DNA from: an uncultured cyanobacterium
Lineage (GTDB): Bacteria; Cyanobacteriota; Cyanobacteriia; Cyanobacteriales; Nostocaceae
Assembly (NCBI GenBank): GCA_963706595.1
Contig: OY970166.1
Span: forward strand, 160,001-224,000
Direction of reading: 5' to 3'
DNA: 64,000 nucleotides
Position numbers and translations under genes: made by a program. This document shows positions 51,587-63,103 of this stretch, one piece after another. The notes below the pieces were generated by a model. It was not told the DNA's origin. It saw only the letters and a program-made list of their open reading frames with translations, and ran no database searches. Position 1 is the stretch's first letter; each line of letters begins with the position of its first letter.

Positions 51587-53443
51587 ATGTCAAAACCTTC
51601 TGGTTTATGGTCAGTTCTAGCTTATTTTTGGCCTTACATTCGCCCCCAATCTGGACTAATTTCAATTTCTGCGATCGCTCTAATTGCAGATGTCGCCCTC
51701 CGGGTACTGGAACCCTGGCCGCTCAAGTTTGTCTTTGATTATGTTCTGATTCGGGACAATCCACCCACTAATATTCCCATAATTTCTGAACTAGAGCCAG
51801 TAACATTACTGACATTTTCAGCAGTTGCCGTTCTCATCCTTACCGGATTACGAGCCTTTGCTGCTTATTGGAGTACTGTCGGACTAGCAACAGTCGGTAG
51901 CCGAGTCATGGGTGAAGTGCGAAATCATTTATATCGTCATCTCCAAGATTTGTCTTTGGGTTATCACACTAAGGCTCGTAGCGGTGATTTAATTGTGCGT
52001 GTCAGTAGCGATGCTAGCCGTCTCCAAGAAATTATGATCACCGCAGCATTACCGCTAGTAGTCAGCATTCTCACCCTATTTGGCATGATTGGGGTAATGT
52101 TTTGGATGAATCCCAGCCTTACCCTACTGGCACTATTCACACTACCCTTATTTTGGTTAGTGACGCATCGACTCAGCCAGCAAATTCGAGAGTCTTCATT
52201 AAAGCAACGCAAACAAGAAGGGGCGGTAGCGGCGACGGCGGCTGAGTCTATTGCTGCTATTAAACTAGTTAAAGCCCTTTCGCTGCAAGATGCCTTTGCG
52301 CGAGTGTTTGCTCGACAAAATCAGCGCAGTCTCAAAGAAAGCGTCAAAACCCAACGGCTGGCGGCTCATCTAGAACGCACAGTTGATGCGGTGATTGCCC
52401 TGGGAACCGCAATTGTTTTATGGTACGGCTCCTGGCTGGCGCTACGCGATGCTTTAACACCTGGGGATGTGCTGGTATTTCTCACCTACCTGAAGAATGC
52501 CTTTAAGCCAGTTCAGAACTTCGCTAAGTACACTGCCAGACTGGCTAAAGCTGCTGCTTCTGGTGAGCGAATTTTAGATGTATTACAAGAGCAGCCTGAT
52601 GTCCGTGATGCGCCTGATGCAATTCCCGCCCCGATTTTTCGAGGTGCGGTGTGTTTTGATCACGTTGACTTTGCCTATGATTCAGGACAAGTTTTACTGC
52701 AAGATATTAACTTAAAAATTCAACCGGGACAGCAAGTCGCGATCGTGGGGACTTCCGGTGGTGGTAAATCTACGTTAGTCAGTCTATTATTACGCCTTTA
52801 TGACCCAACATCGGGACAGGTAATGATTGATGGGCGGGACATCAGAGAGTACACATTAGCATCATTACGTCCGCAAATTAGTGTAGTTTTGCAAGATAGT
52901 CTGTTATTTGCCGCTTCTATTCGAGAAAATATCGCCTACGGGATTGCTGGGGTGTCTGATGCGGAAATTGCAGAGGCGGCGCGTTTGGCTAATGTTCATG
53001 ATTTTATCGCAGGTTTACCGCAAGGATACGACACTCTGGTAGGGGAAAGAGGCGCAACCCTTTCTGGTGGACAACGCCAACGGATTGCGATCGCACGTGC
53101 GGCTATTCGTCAAGCTCCTATCTTGATTTTAGATGAACCAACTACGGGGTTAGATAAGGGGAATGAAAAGGCTGTGATTGCTGCGCTGCAAAGGTTGTCA
53201 GCAAATCGCACGACTTTTTTAATTACTCATGACCTTTATTTTGCAACTCGCGCAGATATTATTCTTTATTTGGAAAATGGGCGGGTGGTTGAACAAGGTT
53301 CTCATGGGGAATTGATGGCACAGAATGGGCGTTATGCGGCTTTGTATCAGGTGCAGAGTGCTATGGGAAATGAGGAATTAACTCACGCAAAGGCGCAAAG
53401 GCGCAAAGAGGAGAAGAATAATTATGACTGTTTTGGTGAGTGA
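51587..53443 (+). CDS. ABC exporter, fused permease/ATPase (MsbA-like)
   Basis: TM domain; GTSGGGKS, LSGGQRQR and ILDEPT motifs. Confidence 0.95.
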   Translation: MSKPSGLWSVLAYFWPYIRPQSGLISISAIALIADVALRVLEPWPLKFVFDYVLIRDNPPTNIPIISELEPVTLLTFSAVAVLILTGLRAFAAYWSTVGLATVGSRVMGEVRNHLYRHLQDLSLGYHTKARSGDLIVRVSSDASRLQEIMITAALPLVVSILTLFGMIGVMFWMNPSLTLLALFTLPLFWLVTHRLSQQIRESSLKQRKQEGAVAATAAESIAAIKLVKALSLQDAFARVFARQNQRSLKESVKTQRLAAHLERTVDAVIALGTAIVLWYGSWLALRDALTPGDVLVFLTYLKNAFKPVQNFAKYTARLAKAAASGERILDVLQEQPDVRDAPDAIPAPIFRGAVCFDHVDFAYDSGQVLLQDINLKIQPGQQVAIVGTSGGGKSTLVSLLLRLYDPTSGQVMIDGRDIREYTLASLRPQISVVLQDSLLFAASIRENIAYGIAGVSDAEIAEAARLANVHDFIAGLPQGYDTLVGERGATLSGGQRQRIAIARAAIRQAPILILDEPTTGLDKGNEKAVIAALQRLSANRTTFLITHDLYFATRADIILYLENGRVVEQGSHGELMAQNGRYAALYQVQSAMGNEELTHAKAQRRKEEKNNYDCFGE

Positions 53444-54422
53444 TCGGTTTAATAGTGTTCTTGATAGTAAGATGCCTTTTTTGTCGGCTGCAATTGATCC
53501 GGTGCAGGTGGAAGAATGTTTTGGTGGGTGTTTGGCGATTGCTGAAAATATGCAATTGCAAAAAATTGAAGTTATTCGTCATAAGCCTGGACGGCGTTGT
53601 TTGATTGAATATGAATTTATTCATGATTCTGGGGAAATGATTACGCTGATTGGGAAGGTGAGGGCGAAGGGGACGGATTTTTATAGTTATAAGTTACAAA
53701 AGTCTTTGTGGGAATCGGGATTTGCTGATGATAGTGATGATGGGATTTCTGTCCCTGAACCTGTAGGGATAATTCCACAATGGCAGATGTGGTTACAGCG
53801 TAAAGTTGAAGGTGATATCGCTACTCGATTCCTCACACAAAATAGCAATATTTTACTAGCAAAACGAATTGCTGAAGCTGCTCATAAACTTCATCAAACT
53901 AACATTCCTCCTCGCCGTTCTCATACTATGTCAGACGAACTGCGAATTTTACATGAACGCATTTCATTAGTCATACAACAATATCCCGAATGGCAAGCAC
54001 GTTTAGAAAAAATCTTAGAAAAATGTGATCATTTAGGACAAGACACACCAGAAACAAAACGCTGTGGTATCCATCGTGATTTCTATCCGGATCAAGTGAT
54101 TATTAATAATTCTCGTTTATATCTCATCGACCTAGATTTATATTGTGAAGGTAATCCGGCGCTAGATATTGGTAACTATATTGGTCACATCAAAGAATAC
54201 AGCCTTCGCACCTTTGGTAATTCAGAAGCATTACACGAATGCGAAAAAACTCTAACTGAAAGATTTCTGCAACTAACAAACGATAAATTCCGTTTTGCTA
54301 TTGAAACTTACACCACCCTCACCTTAGTCAGACATATTCAAATCAGCACTCTATTTCCAGAACGCCGTTCTTTTACCGCAGCATTATTAAACCTATGCGA
54401 ACAGCGCCTGCATATTATTTAA
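53424..54422 (+). CDS. Aminoglycoside-phosphotransferase-fold kinase
   Basis: HRDFYPDQV and LIDLD catalytic motifs; RHKPGRRC N-terminal motif. Confidence 0.85.
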   Translation: MTVLVSDRFNSVLDSKMPFLSAAIDPVQVEECFGGCLAIAENMQLQKIEVIRHKPGRRCLIEYEFIHDSGEMITLIGKVRAKGTDFYSYKLQKSLWESGFADDSDDGISVPEPVGIIPQWQMWLQRKVEGDIATRFLTQNSNILLAKRIAEAAHKLHQTNIPPRRSHTMSDELRILHERISLVIQQYPEWQARLEKILEKCDHLGQDTPETKRCGIHRDFYPDQVIINNSRLYLIDLDLYCEGNPALDIGNYIGHIKEYSLRTFGNSEALHECEKTLTERFLQLTNDKFRFAIETYTTLTLVRHIQISTLFPERRSFTAALLNLCEQRLHII

Positions 54423-54524
54423 ACTCCCAATCTCTGAGACTCTGCGCCTGGTGCGTGACAAAAAATCCATATTATTTTCTCAGCAACAGTAATTATTTTA
54501 GTTTCTTACTTTCAGGAGAGAGAA

Positions 54525-56045
54525 TTGAGAGCTTCTAATTATTTCTTAAAAATTGGTTTAATTAGTTCCTTAGCTTTGCACAGCATAACTCTAGCCAATG
54601 CCAAAACCGCACTATCAGAACATCAGATAACATCTGTATCTCAATTGTCAGAAATTAGCACTAATAGTTGGGAATTTCAAACATTACGAGCATTAATTGA
54701 ACAATATAACTGTATTAATGATTTCCCTCAGAATAGCCATAAAACTCTAAACCGCTACCAATTTGCCGCAGAATTAAATACTTGCATTACGCAGATAAAT
54801 GAGCTAATTAAAAACATAAATTCAAATATTATTAATCAAGAAACTTTAACTACTATCCAACGATTACAAACAGAATTTTCGGCAGAATTAGTAACTCTAA
54901 AAAAACGAGTAGATTTATTAGAAAATCAAGTTGCTACACTGCAAACACAACAATTTTCACCCCAAGTTGAACTGGAAGGAGAGATTATTTTTGCTGTGAG
55001 TGGATTTGCTGGTGGTAAAAAAGCCAACAGTAGCGATAAGGGAATAAATGAGAATTTGGTATTTAGCGATCGCGTTCGTCTCTCCTTAGAAACTAGTTTT
55101 ACGGGAAAAGACGAAATGAAACTCCGCCTACAAGCGCGCAACACGCCAGAATTGGCAGATTTTACTGGAACTCAAATGGCAAATTTGGGATTTGATGGTG
55201 ATGATGACAATGAGGTGGAATTAGATGAACTAGAGTATAAATTTCCCCTCAGTCAGCAAACCCGCATGACTTTGTATGCTGTGGGAGGAGGATTAGGTGA
55301 CTTTGTTCCCACTGTCAATCCTCTGTTTAGCGGTAGTGGAGACGGATCAATTTCTACATTTGGGAGAGAAAACCCCATTCGCCGGCAAGGTGGTGGCGCA
55401 GGTATTGGTATTTCTCATAATTTCAGTGACAATCTCAATTTGTCATTAGGATATGTCACCAGCAATGCAGCTAATCCAGAAAAGGGGATTTTTGCTAGTC
55501 CTTACGGTGCGATCGCTCAACTTACCCTGGAACCGACTAAAAACACAGCAATCAGCTTTACCTATCTCCACTCTTACAATAATCTGAATACGGGAACTGG
55601 TAGTGAATTAACTGGGAATCCGTTTAATAATCAAGCCGATGCGATCGCTGCTCATTCCTTCGGTGCAGAAGCTGCTTGGCAACTTAACCCCAATTTCACC
55701 CTTGGTGGTCGAGTTGGTTTTATTCATGCAACAGCAGAAAATTTACCAGCCAACCCAAATGCCGTAATCTCCACATGGGCAGTACTGCTAGCTCTCACCG
55801 ATATTGGCAAAGAAGGGAACTTTGTCGGATTTGTAGTGGGACAACCACCTAAAGTGACTTATAATAGTTTCGGTGATACCTTTGAAGATGAAAATACATC
55901 TTTACATTTAGAAGTCTTTTACAACTTTCAACTCACAGATGATCTGGCAATAACTCCGGGATTATTTGTCATTACAAATCCAGAACATAATAATAGTAAT
56001 GACAAAATTTATGTTGGCACGGTTCGTACTACGTTTACCTTCTAA
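54525..56045 (+). CDS. SLH-domain outer-membrane porin (OprB/iron-uptake porin family)
   Basis: Signal peptide, TSVSQLSE...LIEQYNC SLH-like region, TSFTGKD, C-terminal RTTFTF. Confidence 0.88.
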   Translation: MRASNYFLKIGLISSLALHSITLANAKTALSEHQITSVSQLSEISTNSWEFQTLRALIEQYNCINDFPQNSHKTLNRYQFAAELNTCITQINELIKNINSNIINQETLTTIQRLQTEFSAELVTLKKRVDLLENQVATLQTQQFSPQVELEGEIIFAVSGFAGGKKANSSDKGINENLVFSDRVRLSLETSFTGKDEMKLRLQARNTPELADFTGTQMANLGFDGDDDNEVELDELEYKFPLSQQTRMTLYAVGGGLGDFVPTVNPLFSGSGDGSISTFGRENPIRRQGGGAGIGISHNFSDNLNLSLGYVTSNAANPEKGIFASPYGAIAQLTLEPTKNTAISFTYLHSYNNLNTGTGSELTGNPFNNQADAIAAHSFGAEAAWQLNPNFTLGGRVGFIHATAENLPANPNAVISTWAVLLALTDIGKEGNFVGFVVGQPPKVTYNSFGDTFEDENTSLHLEVFYNFQLTDDLAITPGLFVITNPEHNNSNDKIYVGTVRTTFTF

Positions 56046-56131
56046 GAATAGGACATCATAATTTTATCGCAGTAGTAAAACTTGCTTTAGTTGTCGTGAT
56101 AAAAAAATATCTCTGTCACTCTCTCAAAGAA

Positions 56132-56222
56132 TATAGCAACCGCCAAGGAGGTTAAGACATAAACGGATAATCAAACTTAGACACCACTCGGCTTTTAACC
56201 CACTCCCCACTCCCCAGCTATA
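56132..56222. mobile_element. Short MITE-like element with TATAGC...GCTATA ends
   Basis: Short terminal inverted repeat, internal aaccgccaaggaggtt hairpin and CCCCACT units. Confidence 0.4.
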
Positions 56223-56255
56223 TGTGAGCTTAATCGAACTGTGCAAATAGGAAGA

Positions 56256-56289
56256 AAAAGCAGACAATTGTGAGCAATTGTCTGCTTTT
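56256..56289. terminator. Probable bidirectional intrinsic terminator between the porin gene and opcA
   Basis: AAAAGCAGACAATTG-tgag-CAATTGTCTGCTTTT, perfect 15-bp arms between convergent genes. Confidence 0.75.
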
Positions 56290-56346
56290 CTGGATCGAAT
56301 AGCTTGAGCATCCCTACAGTTATTCAGATATTCAGACAAAAAGGGG

Positions 56347-57708
56347 TCAATTACCCAAATTCAGAGTCTTCGCAATCACTGCCAAACTTTCCTCAAAAAG
56401 TGACTCCCGACCCCAACGCTGTACCTGTTGACTCAGCAAAGCTTCAGCTTTTTGTTCCGAAAGCGAACCCACCTGTTGAAACAGACCAGCAGCTTGTGCG
56501 CCACCGTGAGTTTCCATTCGCATACAACCGCCAGTTTCCGAACAAATTACCGTACCACAATCAGCTTCCAAATTTGTCGAACTCAGGCGCAGAGCAATTA
56601 CATCACCCAGAACTTCACCCACATCAGCCACAGGAACACCCGCTAACTCAGCTTCCACTTGACGCTGGTCTTGGGAAACAAAACGAATTTGAGTGATTTC
56701 ATAATCTCCAGTTTCCTTTTTATAAGAAACTGGCGACCATTCCAAACGACTCGCCAACCAACCCAAAAACAGCAAAGCTTGGGCGGGATTGCCTTTTTCA
56801 TAATCAATCGTCACCCGGTCAATTTCTTTGAGTGCAGCGCGACGATGGGGTGAGTCATAAGCTTGAGCCGTCAATTCTTGCCATGCTGACAACCGTCTCC
56901 AGTTCAAATCAGCTAAGGGGATATTAGCTTTTACCAACTCTTGCAGACTGAGTAAATCAGTTTCAGGCTCGTTAAAGTCGCAAGAATCAACAATCACATT
57001 ATTGCAGATTCCCGCCAATCTTTTGAATAGATTGTTATTGGGGTCTGGTGTCGCCTTCCACCAGAGAAACTTTGGCAAACCGCCAATTAATAAAGCCGGA
57101 ATCATACCTCCTACTCGTTCCAAAGCAGCAGCAGTTCCACTCAAAGTAATGTATTCACAACATACAAGTGTACTTGACGATTGCTTTTGAATCGGACAGT
57201 AGGCAGAAACTTGAGCTTTTACCCCTTCATCTTCCCCAGCAATGGGGAACAAAGCAATAATCCGGCAGGGATTACGCAGCGCAATTTCATCAGCAATAGT
57301 AGGACTAGCGGGACTGAAGTTATAAGAAGCCCCGTCTCCCGCACCCCCCATTCCCTGACGTTTGGCGAATTCTTCCCGCAATACAGCCAGCGTTTCCGGT
57401 GAAGCTGTGCCAGTTTCCGGTAGCCCATATTTAACTTGTACTTGCCGTAAAGCCGCCGCCATTTGTGGACCGACAATACCATCAATCGGTCCTTCATAAA
57501 ACCCCAAAGCCGCTAACAGATATTGAGTTTCTTCTGGTTCGTAAACCACTAGAGTAAAAGTTGTCGCCCTAGTAGCAGCAGGAAGCCCACCGTCATCACC
57601 AGTAATACCGTAACTTTGCCAAATTTGATTCAGTTCCGTTTCTATTTCGTTCAGCGAAATATCCTTTGGTGCCTGAAGTGAAAAAATTGTAGGTGCTTGG
57701 GAAATCAT
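56347..57708 (-). CDS. opcA: G6PDH assembly protein OpcA
   Basis: NPCRIIAL, SAYCPIQ, CCEYITL and DLNWRRL motifs; peptidoglycan-binding-like insert; follows zwf. Confidence 0.95.
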   Translation of the reverse strand: MISQAPTIFSLQAPKDISLNEIETELNQIWQSYGITGDDGGLPAATRATTFTLVVYEPEETQYLLAALGFYEGPIDGIVGPQMAAALRQVQVKYGLPETGTASPETLAVLREEFAKRQGMGGAGDGASYNFSPASPTIADEIALRNPCRIIALFPIAGEDEGVKAQVSAYCPIQKQSSSTLVCCEYITLSGTAAALERVGGMIPALLIGGLPKFLWWKATPDPNNNLFKRLAGICNNVIVDSCDFNEPETDLLSLQELVKANIPLADLNWRRLSAWQELTAQAYDSPHRRAALKEIDRVTIDYEKGNPAQALLFLGWLASRLEWSPVSYKKETGDYEITQIRFVSQDQRQVEAELAGVPVADVGEVLGDVIALRLSSTNLEADCGTVICSETGGCMRMETHGGAQAAGLFQQVGSLSEQKAEALLSQQVQRWGRESLFEESLAVIAKTLNLGN

Positions 57709-57718
57709 AGTAGTTTAG

Positions 57719-57820
57719 TCATTGGTCATTGGTCATTGGTCATCGGTCATCGGTCATCGGTCATTGGTCATCGGTCATTTATTTTTACTAATGACTAATG
57801 ACTAATAACTAATGACTCAT
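57719..57820. repeat. STRR arrays (TCATTGG/TCATCGG, then TGACTAA) in inverted arrangement
   Basis: Visible heptamers between zwf and opcA. Confidence 0.88.
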
Positions 57821-57822
57821 TT

Positions 57823-59352
57823 CTACAGTCTGCGCCAGTTACGACCGTCTTGGTTAATTAACAATTCCGCTTCTGCGGGTTCCCAAGTACCGGCTTCATA
57901 CCGAGGAATGGTAGCTGGGTCTGTGGGCGTATCCCAAACAGAAAGCGCCGGAGTTACTATTTGCCAAGCGGCTTCAACTTCATCCGCCCGTGTAAACAAA
58001 GTTTGATCGCCCATCATACAATCAAGAAACAGGCGGTCATAGGCATCAGAAGTTGCTTGAATACCAAAGGAACCATAACTAAAGTCCATATCCACAGAAC
58101 GAGTCCGGAATTCTGCCCCTGGCATTTTCACATCAAAACGCAAAGAAATTCCTTCATTCGGTTGAATCCGCATTGCTAAAATGTTGGCATTTCGCTGTTG
58201 AGAAGCAGATTGAAACATCCGAGAAGGAACATCGCGGAAGTGAATGGAAATTTCACTGACTTTTTTCGGCATCCGCTTACCTGTCCGTAGGTAAAAAGGA
58301 ACACCCTGCCAGCGCCAGTTGTCAACCATAAACTTCATGGCTACATAGGTTGGTGTCCCAGAATTAGGGTCAACTCCCGGCTCATCGTGATAGCCTGGAA
58401 CTTGCTTACCCTTCATCCAGCCGCCACTATATTGACCGCGCACTGCTGAACGTGACAGATTGGGAACATCAGCCAAACGGGTAGCTTGCAGTACCTTAAC
58501 TTTTTCCGTGCGGATGCTATCGGCATCCATTGAGTTAGGTGCTTCCATTGCCGTCAAGCAATACAGTTGCATGAGGTGATTTTGCAACATATCCCTGAGT
58601 GCGCCGGCTTGTTCATAGTAACCAGCCCGGTCTTCTACCCCTACGGTTTCAGCTACAGTAATTTGTACGTGGTCAACAAATTGACGATTCCACAACGGTT
58701 CAAATATGGCATTAGCGAAGCGGAATACGAGCAAATTCTGAACGGTTTCTTTACCTAAGTAGTGGTCAATCCGATAGACTTGATTTTCTTTGCAATATTT
58801 CTGCACCACTTGGTTCAGACTTTGAGCTGATGCTAAGTCTCGACCAAAGGGTTTTTCAATTACCAGACGATGCTTGTAGGGGTCGTCTAGCATTCCGCCT
58901 CCCCCTAGTTGTCTGATGGCTTCAGGAAAGAAGTTAGGGGCGACGGAGAGGTAGAACATCCGGTTTCCCCGTGTGTTCCGTTTTTCGTCTAATTCGGTTA
59001 ACAGGGTTTTGAGCTTTTGATAGCTTTCCGGTTTGTCTATGTCTCCAGGACAGTAAAATAAACCTTTAGAGAAGTCTTGCCAAAGTTCTCCTAAAGGGAC
59101 ACTAGCATGAGCTTCTTCCATGCCCTTTTGCATTTGTTCCCGAAAATAGTCGTGAGTCCATTCTCGACGTGCCACGCCGACAATAGTCGTCTCTGGTGGG
59201 ATGCGTCCTTCACGCCGCAATTTGTAAAGCGCTGGCACTAATTTACGCCAGGTGAGGTCGCCAGAAGCGCCAAAGATGACTATAATTTGGGGTTCGGGCA
59301 TCCCTTGCTGTTGCAGACCAACGCGCAAGGGATTTTCTAGCAAACTAACCAT
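57823..59352 (-). CDS. zwf: Glucose-6-phosphate dehydrogenase
   Basis: GASGDL, EKPFG and RIDHYLGKE motifs. Confidence 0.98.
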   Translation of the reverse strand: MVSLLENPLRVGLQQQGMPEPQIIVIFGASGDLTWRKLVPALYKLRREGRIPPETTIVGVARREWTHDYFREQMQKGMEEAHASVPLGELWQDFSKGLFYCPGDIDKPESYQKLKTLLTELDEKRNTRGNRMFYLSVAPNFFPEAIRQLGGGGMLDDPYKHRLVIEKPFGRDLASAQSLNQVVQKYCKENQVYRIDHYLGKETVQNLLVFRFANAIFEPLWNRQFVDHVQITVAETVGVEDRAGYYEQAGALRDMLQNHLMQLYCLTAMEAPNSMDADSIRTEKVKVLQATRLADVPNLSRSAVRGQYSGGWMKGKQVPGYHDEPGVDPNSGTPTYVAMKFMVDNWRWQGVPFYLRTGKRMPKKVSEISIHFRDVPSRMFQSASQQRNANILAMRIQPNEGISLRFDVKMPGAEFRTRSVDMDFSYGSFGIQATSDAYDRLFLDCMMGDQTLFTRADEVEAAWQIVTPALSVWDTPTDPATIPRYEAGTWEPAEAELLINQDGRNWRRL

Positions 59353-59429
59353 AGAAGTTTTCAGTGGGGTGTGGTGTGTTAATTAGACGCTTTAAAATTG
59401 CGTCTACAAAAGAGTTGTGTGTTTAGGGT

Positions 59430-60575
59430 CTACACTGGCGACAATAACTTGACTTTGTTTTCTAAAGAGTTCATCAAGGACTCGTAAGGTTTAACGAATT
59501 TGTCTATCCCTTCAACTAATAGTTCCTCCATGACCACATTTAGGTCAATGTTAATGTCTGGATCTTTGAGGCTTTCCATCAGTTGGTAAGCTTCTTCAAC
59601 GCCTGTTTCTAAGCGATTAGCGATATCGCAATGGTCAGCACAAGCGGCAATTGTCGCCGGTGGTAAGGTGTTAACGGTGTCGGGTCCAATTAACTCTTCA
59701 ACATACATGACATCTTTGTATTTTGGGTCTTTGGTGCTGGTGCTAGCCCAAAGTAACCGTTGTACTTTAGCTCCTTTGGCTGCTAAGGATTGCCATCTCT
59801 CGCTTTGAATAATTTTTTTGTATTCCTGGTAGGCAATTTTAGCGTTAGCGATCGCCACTTTCCCCCTCACAGCTTGCAGTTTTGCCTCGTGGGAGATATC
59901 ATCAATACCACGCTTCAATTTGGCATCAATTTTGGCATCAACGTTACTATCAATGCGACTGAGAAAAAAGCTAGCCACGGCAGCAATTGTGCTAATATCT
60001 TTACCCTGTGCTAACCGTTTTTCTAAGCCACACATATAAGCCTCTACTGTGTTGATGTAGCTATCGACTGAAAATAACAGCGTGGTATTAATATTAATAC
60101 CTTCCGCGATCGCCTGTTCTACTGCTGGTAAACCAGCTGCTGTCCCAGGAATTTTCACCATCAAATTTTCCCGCCCAATTTCTTGGAAATAGCGCCGGGC
60201 TTCAGCTATTGATGCTTCAGTATCATGAGCGATGGTGGGTGGTACTTCTATACTAACGTAACCATCCAGTCTATTCGATGCTTCATATACGGGGCGCAGA
60301 AGATCACAAGCGTTGCGAATATCTGCAAAAACGAGGGATTCGTAAATTTTGTATGTGGGTAATCCAGCGCGAATACCAGCTTCGATATCGGCATCATACA
60401 TCGCATTGTTAGATATGGCCTTTTCAAAGATGGCTGGATTAGAAGTAATCCCAGATATACCCTGATTTTCTACCAAGTCTTTGAGTTCACCTGATTGAAT
60501 AACCTCACGGTTCAAGTTATCCATCCAGATACTTTGACCATGTTGTTTAATTTCTAGTAAATGATTGGTCGCCAT
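59430..60575 (-). CDS. tal: Transaldolase
   Basis: GITSNPAIF, VKIPGT and QRLLWASTSTK motifs. Confidence 0.96.
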   Translation of the reverse strand: MATNHLLEIKQHGQSIWMDNLNREVIQSGELKDLVENQGISGITSNPAIFEKAISNNAMYDADIEAGIRAGLPTYKIYESLVFADIRNACDLLRPVYEASNRLDGYVSIEVPPTIAHDTEASIAEARRYFQEIGRENLMVKIPGTAAGLPAVEQAIAEGININTTLLFSVDSYINTVEAYMCGLEKRLAQGKDISTIAAVASFFLSRIDSNVDAKIDAKLKRGIDDISHEAKLQAVRGKVAIANAKIAYQEYKKIIQSERWQSLAAKGAKVQRLLWASTSTKDPKYKDVMYVEELIGPDTVNTLPPATIAACADHCDIANRLETGVEEAYQLMESLKDPDINIDLNVVMEELLVEGIDKFVKPYESLMNSLENKVKLLSPV

Positions 60576-60863
60576 AGCTCTAGTTTTACTCCTGTTAATG
60601 ATGTTTCAAAGTGAAAGAACGCGAAATACATCTTCGTGTTGATGCTTACTGTTGAATTGTGGCGTTACTAATCACTTATGACATCGACCAGCTGAGGTAA
60701 TCTTTAATTCATCACCAGGGCTATTGTGCATCCCCAATCCCAGATATTATTCAATAACACAGCCAAAATAACTTCTCATTACTGGTAGAGTGTCAACCTA
60801 TCTCATACAGCACCGTGTCCATAAACAACCCCTTACCAGTCAACGAAACGCTTGTAGTGTCGG

Positions 60864-60940
60864 AATTACGAATTACGAATTACGAATTACGAATTACGAA
60901 TTACGAATTACGAATTACGAATTACGAATTACGAATTACG
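60864..60940. repeat. STRR array AATTACG x11
   Basis: Perfect tandem heptamers 3' of fbp. Confidence 0.95.
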
Positions 60941-60959
60941 AATTTCGCCCTGCGGCGGG

Positions 60960-62009
60960 TTAGTGTCCGTTTTGAGTAAAAGACTCCACCTTGGCTACAT
61001 CTTCTTTACTACCAATAATTAAAGGTGTGCGTTGATGCAATTTCTTGGGTACTACATCCAAAATATCTACCAATCCTGTAGTCGCACGACCACCAGCTTG
61101 TTCAATCAACATAGCCAAAGGAGCAGATTCATAAAGCAAGCGCAACTTACCTTCTGGGGTTTGAATTGTGCCTGGATAGAGAAAAACGCCGCCTTGAACT
61201 AAAATTCGATGGATATCACTCACCATCGCGCCACTGTAACGAGCCGTATAACCTTCAGTCCGATGGACGTAGCGGATATATTCCCGCATTGATTCTTCCC
61301 ACTGCCAAAAATTCCCTTCGTTCACGCTGTAAACAGAACCGTGGTTAGGAATTGTGATATTTTCTTCCGAGAGGATAAATTCCCCTAAACTAGGATCAAG
61401 GGTAAAAGAATGAACGCCATTACCCATAGTATAGACCAGCATGGTGCTAGGGCCATACAGGATATATCCGGCCGCGATTTGCTTGCGTCCGTTGGTCAGG
61501 AGGTCAGTGGCTTTGTGATCAATATCATCACCTTGTTGTTGACGAATAGCGAAAATCGAACCCAAACTCAGATTAGTATCGGTATTCGATGAACCATCAA
61601 TAGGATCATAGAGCAAGGTATAGCGACCAATGGGGCAGTTTTCCGGGATGTAATATGGTTCTTCCATTTCCTCGGAAGCTAGGCGACACACTAAACCGCT
61701 TTGCTTAAACACTGAGATAAATACGTCATTGGCATAGACATCCATCTTTTTGACAGATTCGCCTTGAACATTCACATCTCCAGAAAATCCCAGCACACCT
61801 TCCATTAAACCAGCGCGGCTGAGGCGACGAGCCACCAGCTTACCCGCCAAAGCGATGCGATTCATCAGCGCGCTCAAATCCTGTGCATCTGCTCCAAAAC
61901 TTTGCATTTGCTGGAGTACGTGACGCGATAACGTTGTACAATCACGATCTAAGTTTTTATCTGTGGCATCATTCATAGACAAATCTAGAGATTCTGGCGC
62001 TTGAGTCAT
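60960..62009 (-). CDS. fbp: Fructose-1,6-bisphosphatase class 1
   Basis: [15 protein letters not shown] and GKLRLLYE motifs. Confidence 0.97.
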   Translation of the reverse strand: MTQAPESLDLSMNDATDKNLDRDCTTLSRHVLQQMQSFGADAQDLSALMNRIALAGKLVARRLSRAGLMEGVLGFSGDVNVQGESVKKMDVYANDVFISVFKQSGLVCRLASEEMEEPYYIPENCPIGRYTLLYDPIDGSSNTDTNLSLGSIFAIRQQQGDDIDHKATDLLTNGRKQIAAGYILYGPSTMLVYTMGNGVHSFTLDPSLGEFILSEENITIPNHGSVYSVNEGNFWQWEESMREYIRYVHRTEGYTARYSGAMVSDIHRILVQGGVFLYPGTIQTPEGKLRLLYESAPLAMLIEQAGGRATTGLVDILDVVPKKLHQRTPLIIGSKEDVAKVESFTQNGH

Positions 62010-62185
62010 TTTTGTTATTCCCTAGCTTTTTGCTTATGGGTCAGGTTTATCAATGGCAATTTTTAATTGCTGCCTCTATCTTAGAAAGGTATTTTGATAT
62101 CTTAAATATGATTTTAGATAAACTAAAGAATTCAAATTTTGGGGCGGCTTTTCCAGTAACCGCAAAGGCGCGACGATTTCCAGTC

Positions 62186-62623
62186 TTATTGATCATCGGG
62201 AAATACTGAGATCGCAGCCATTGCTCGGTGGCAAATGTCTTGTTTGTTTACCATCTGCTGAAGCTCAGATGATTCGTATTGACCTTCATTAATTTCTAAA
62301 GATGCTTGGTTAATTGCTTGACGGTATGCGCTTTCTAGAGATTCACGGAGTTCGCAATCATCAAGGTATGTGCCTTTAGATTTGAGACGAGCATTCAAGT
62401 CTTGAATTTCTAAAATCGCATTTCGGATCGATACATCCCAAGACCGCGTTGTGCGTTTTTCTATTTCTTGCTTGATCAAGTGCAAAAGCAGGATGATGCC
62501 ATAACTACGAATTTTATTCAGAATATCCTTTTTGCTCATCTCCTCCATTTCATCAATCATCAATAGCGCACTTGATATGTTGCCTTGTTTTAGTAATTCG
62601 CGCAATTCTCTAAGTTCTTCCAT
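62186..62623 (-). CDS. DUF29 family protein
   Basis: ILLLHLIK...RSWDVSIRN...AY..A...A..E pattern. Confidence 0.75.
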   Translation of the reverse strand: MEELRELRELLKQGNISSALLMIDEMEEMSKKDILNKIRSYGIILLLHLIKQEIEKRTTRSWDVSIRNAILEIQDLNARLKSKGTYLDDCELRESLESAYRQAINQASLEINEGQYESSELQQMVNKQDICHRAMAAISVFPDDQ

Positions 62624-62803
62624 CGGGACTTAACCTGCAACGCCAAAAGCTAGATATTACAGACAAATAAAAATGCCCGACTAGCCTCAAAATTTGCTGA
62701 CTGATGATAACTAGCCGGGTATATATATTATCTATAGCAAATTACAGCAAATTAATTTTGCTTAACTAGAAAACAATCTGCTATGGTTAGGCGCTTAACT
62801 TGA

Positions 62804-63103
62804 TTAAAAATCTTGTTTTTTACTCCAACTCCCTCCCCGACTATCTTCCCGTCGGTTATCCTCTCTGGGTTTGGCTTTATTGACTCTAAGTTGACGACCC
62901 ATCCATTCTGCACCATCTAACTCGGTGATAGCAGCGTCTTCTTGGGCATCTTCGTTCATTTCCACAAATGCAAAGCCACGCATCCGTCCTGTTTCGCGGT
63001 CAGTGGGTAAAACTACTCTTTTGACTTCGCCGTAGTCTGCAAATACAGACTTTAAGTCTTCTTCAGTAGCGCGGTAAGAGAGGTTTCCAACGTAAATAGT
63101 CAT
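62804..63103 (-). CDS. rbpD: RRM RNA-binding protein (non-glycine-rich type)
   Basis: RNP2 IYVGNL and RNP1 RGFAFVEM; the paralog name is less certain than the family. Confidence 0.75.
   Translation of the reverse strand: MTIYVGNLSYRATEEDLKSVFADYGEVKRVVLPTDRETGRMRGFAFVEMNEDAQEDAAITELDGAEWMGRQLRVNKAKPREDNRREDSRGGSWSKKQDF

Noticed and set aside
60864..60940. Heptamer arrays (also 87-149, 28831-28896, 57719-57820) as CRISPR or a novel system
   Set aside because: They have no spacers and are ordinary Nostocales STRR repeats.
316..62209. Numerous 60-130 aa ORFs antisense to or overlapping known genes
   Set aside because: They are shadow frames of well-supported genes with no independent evidence.
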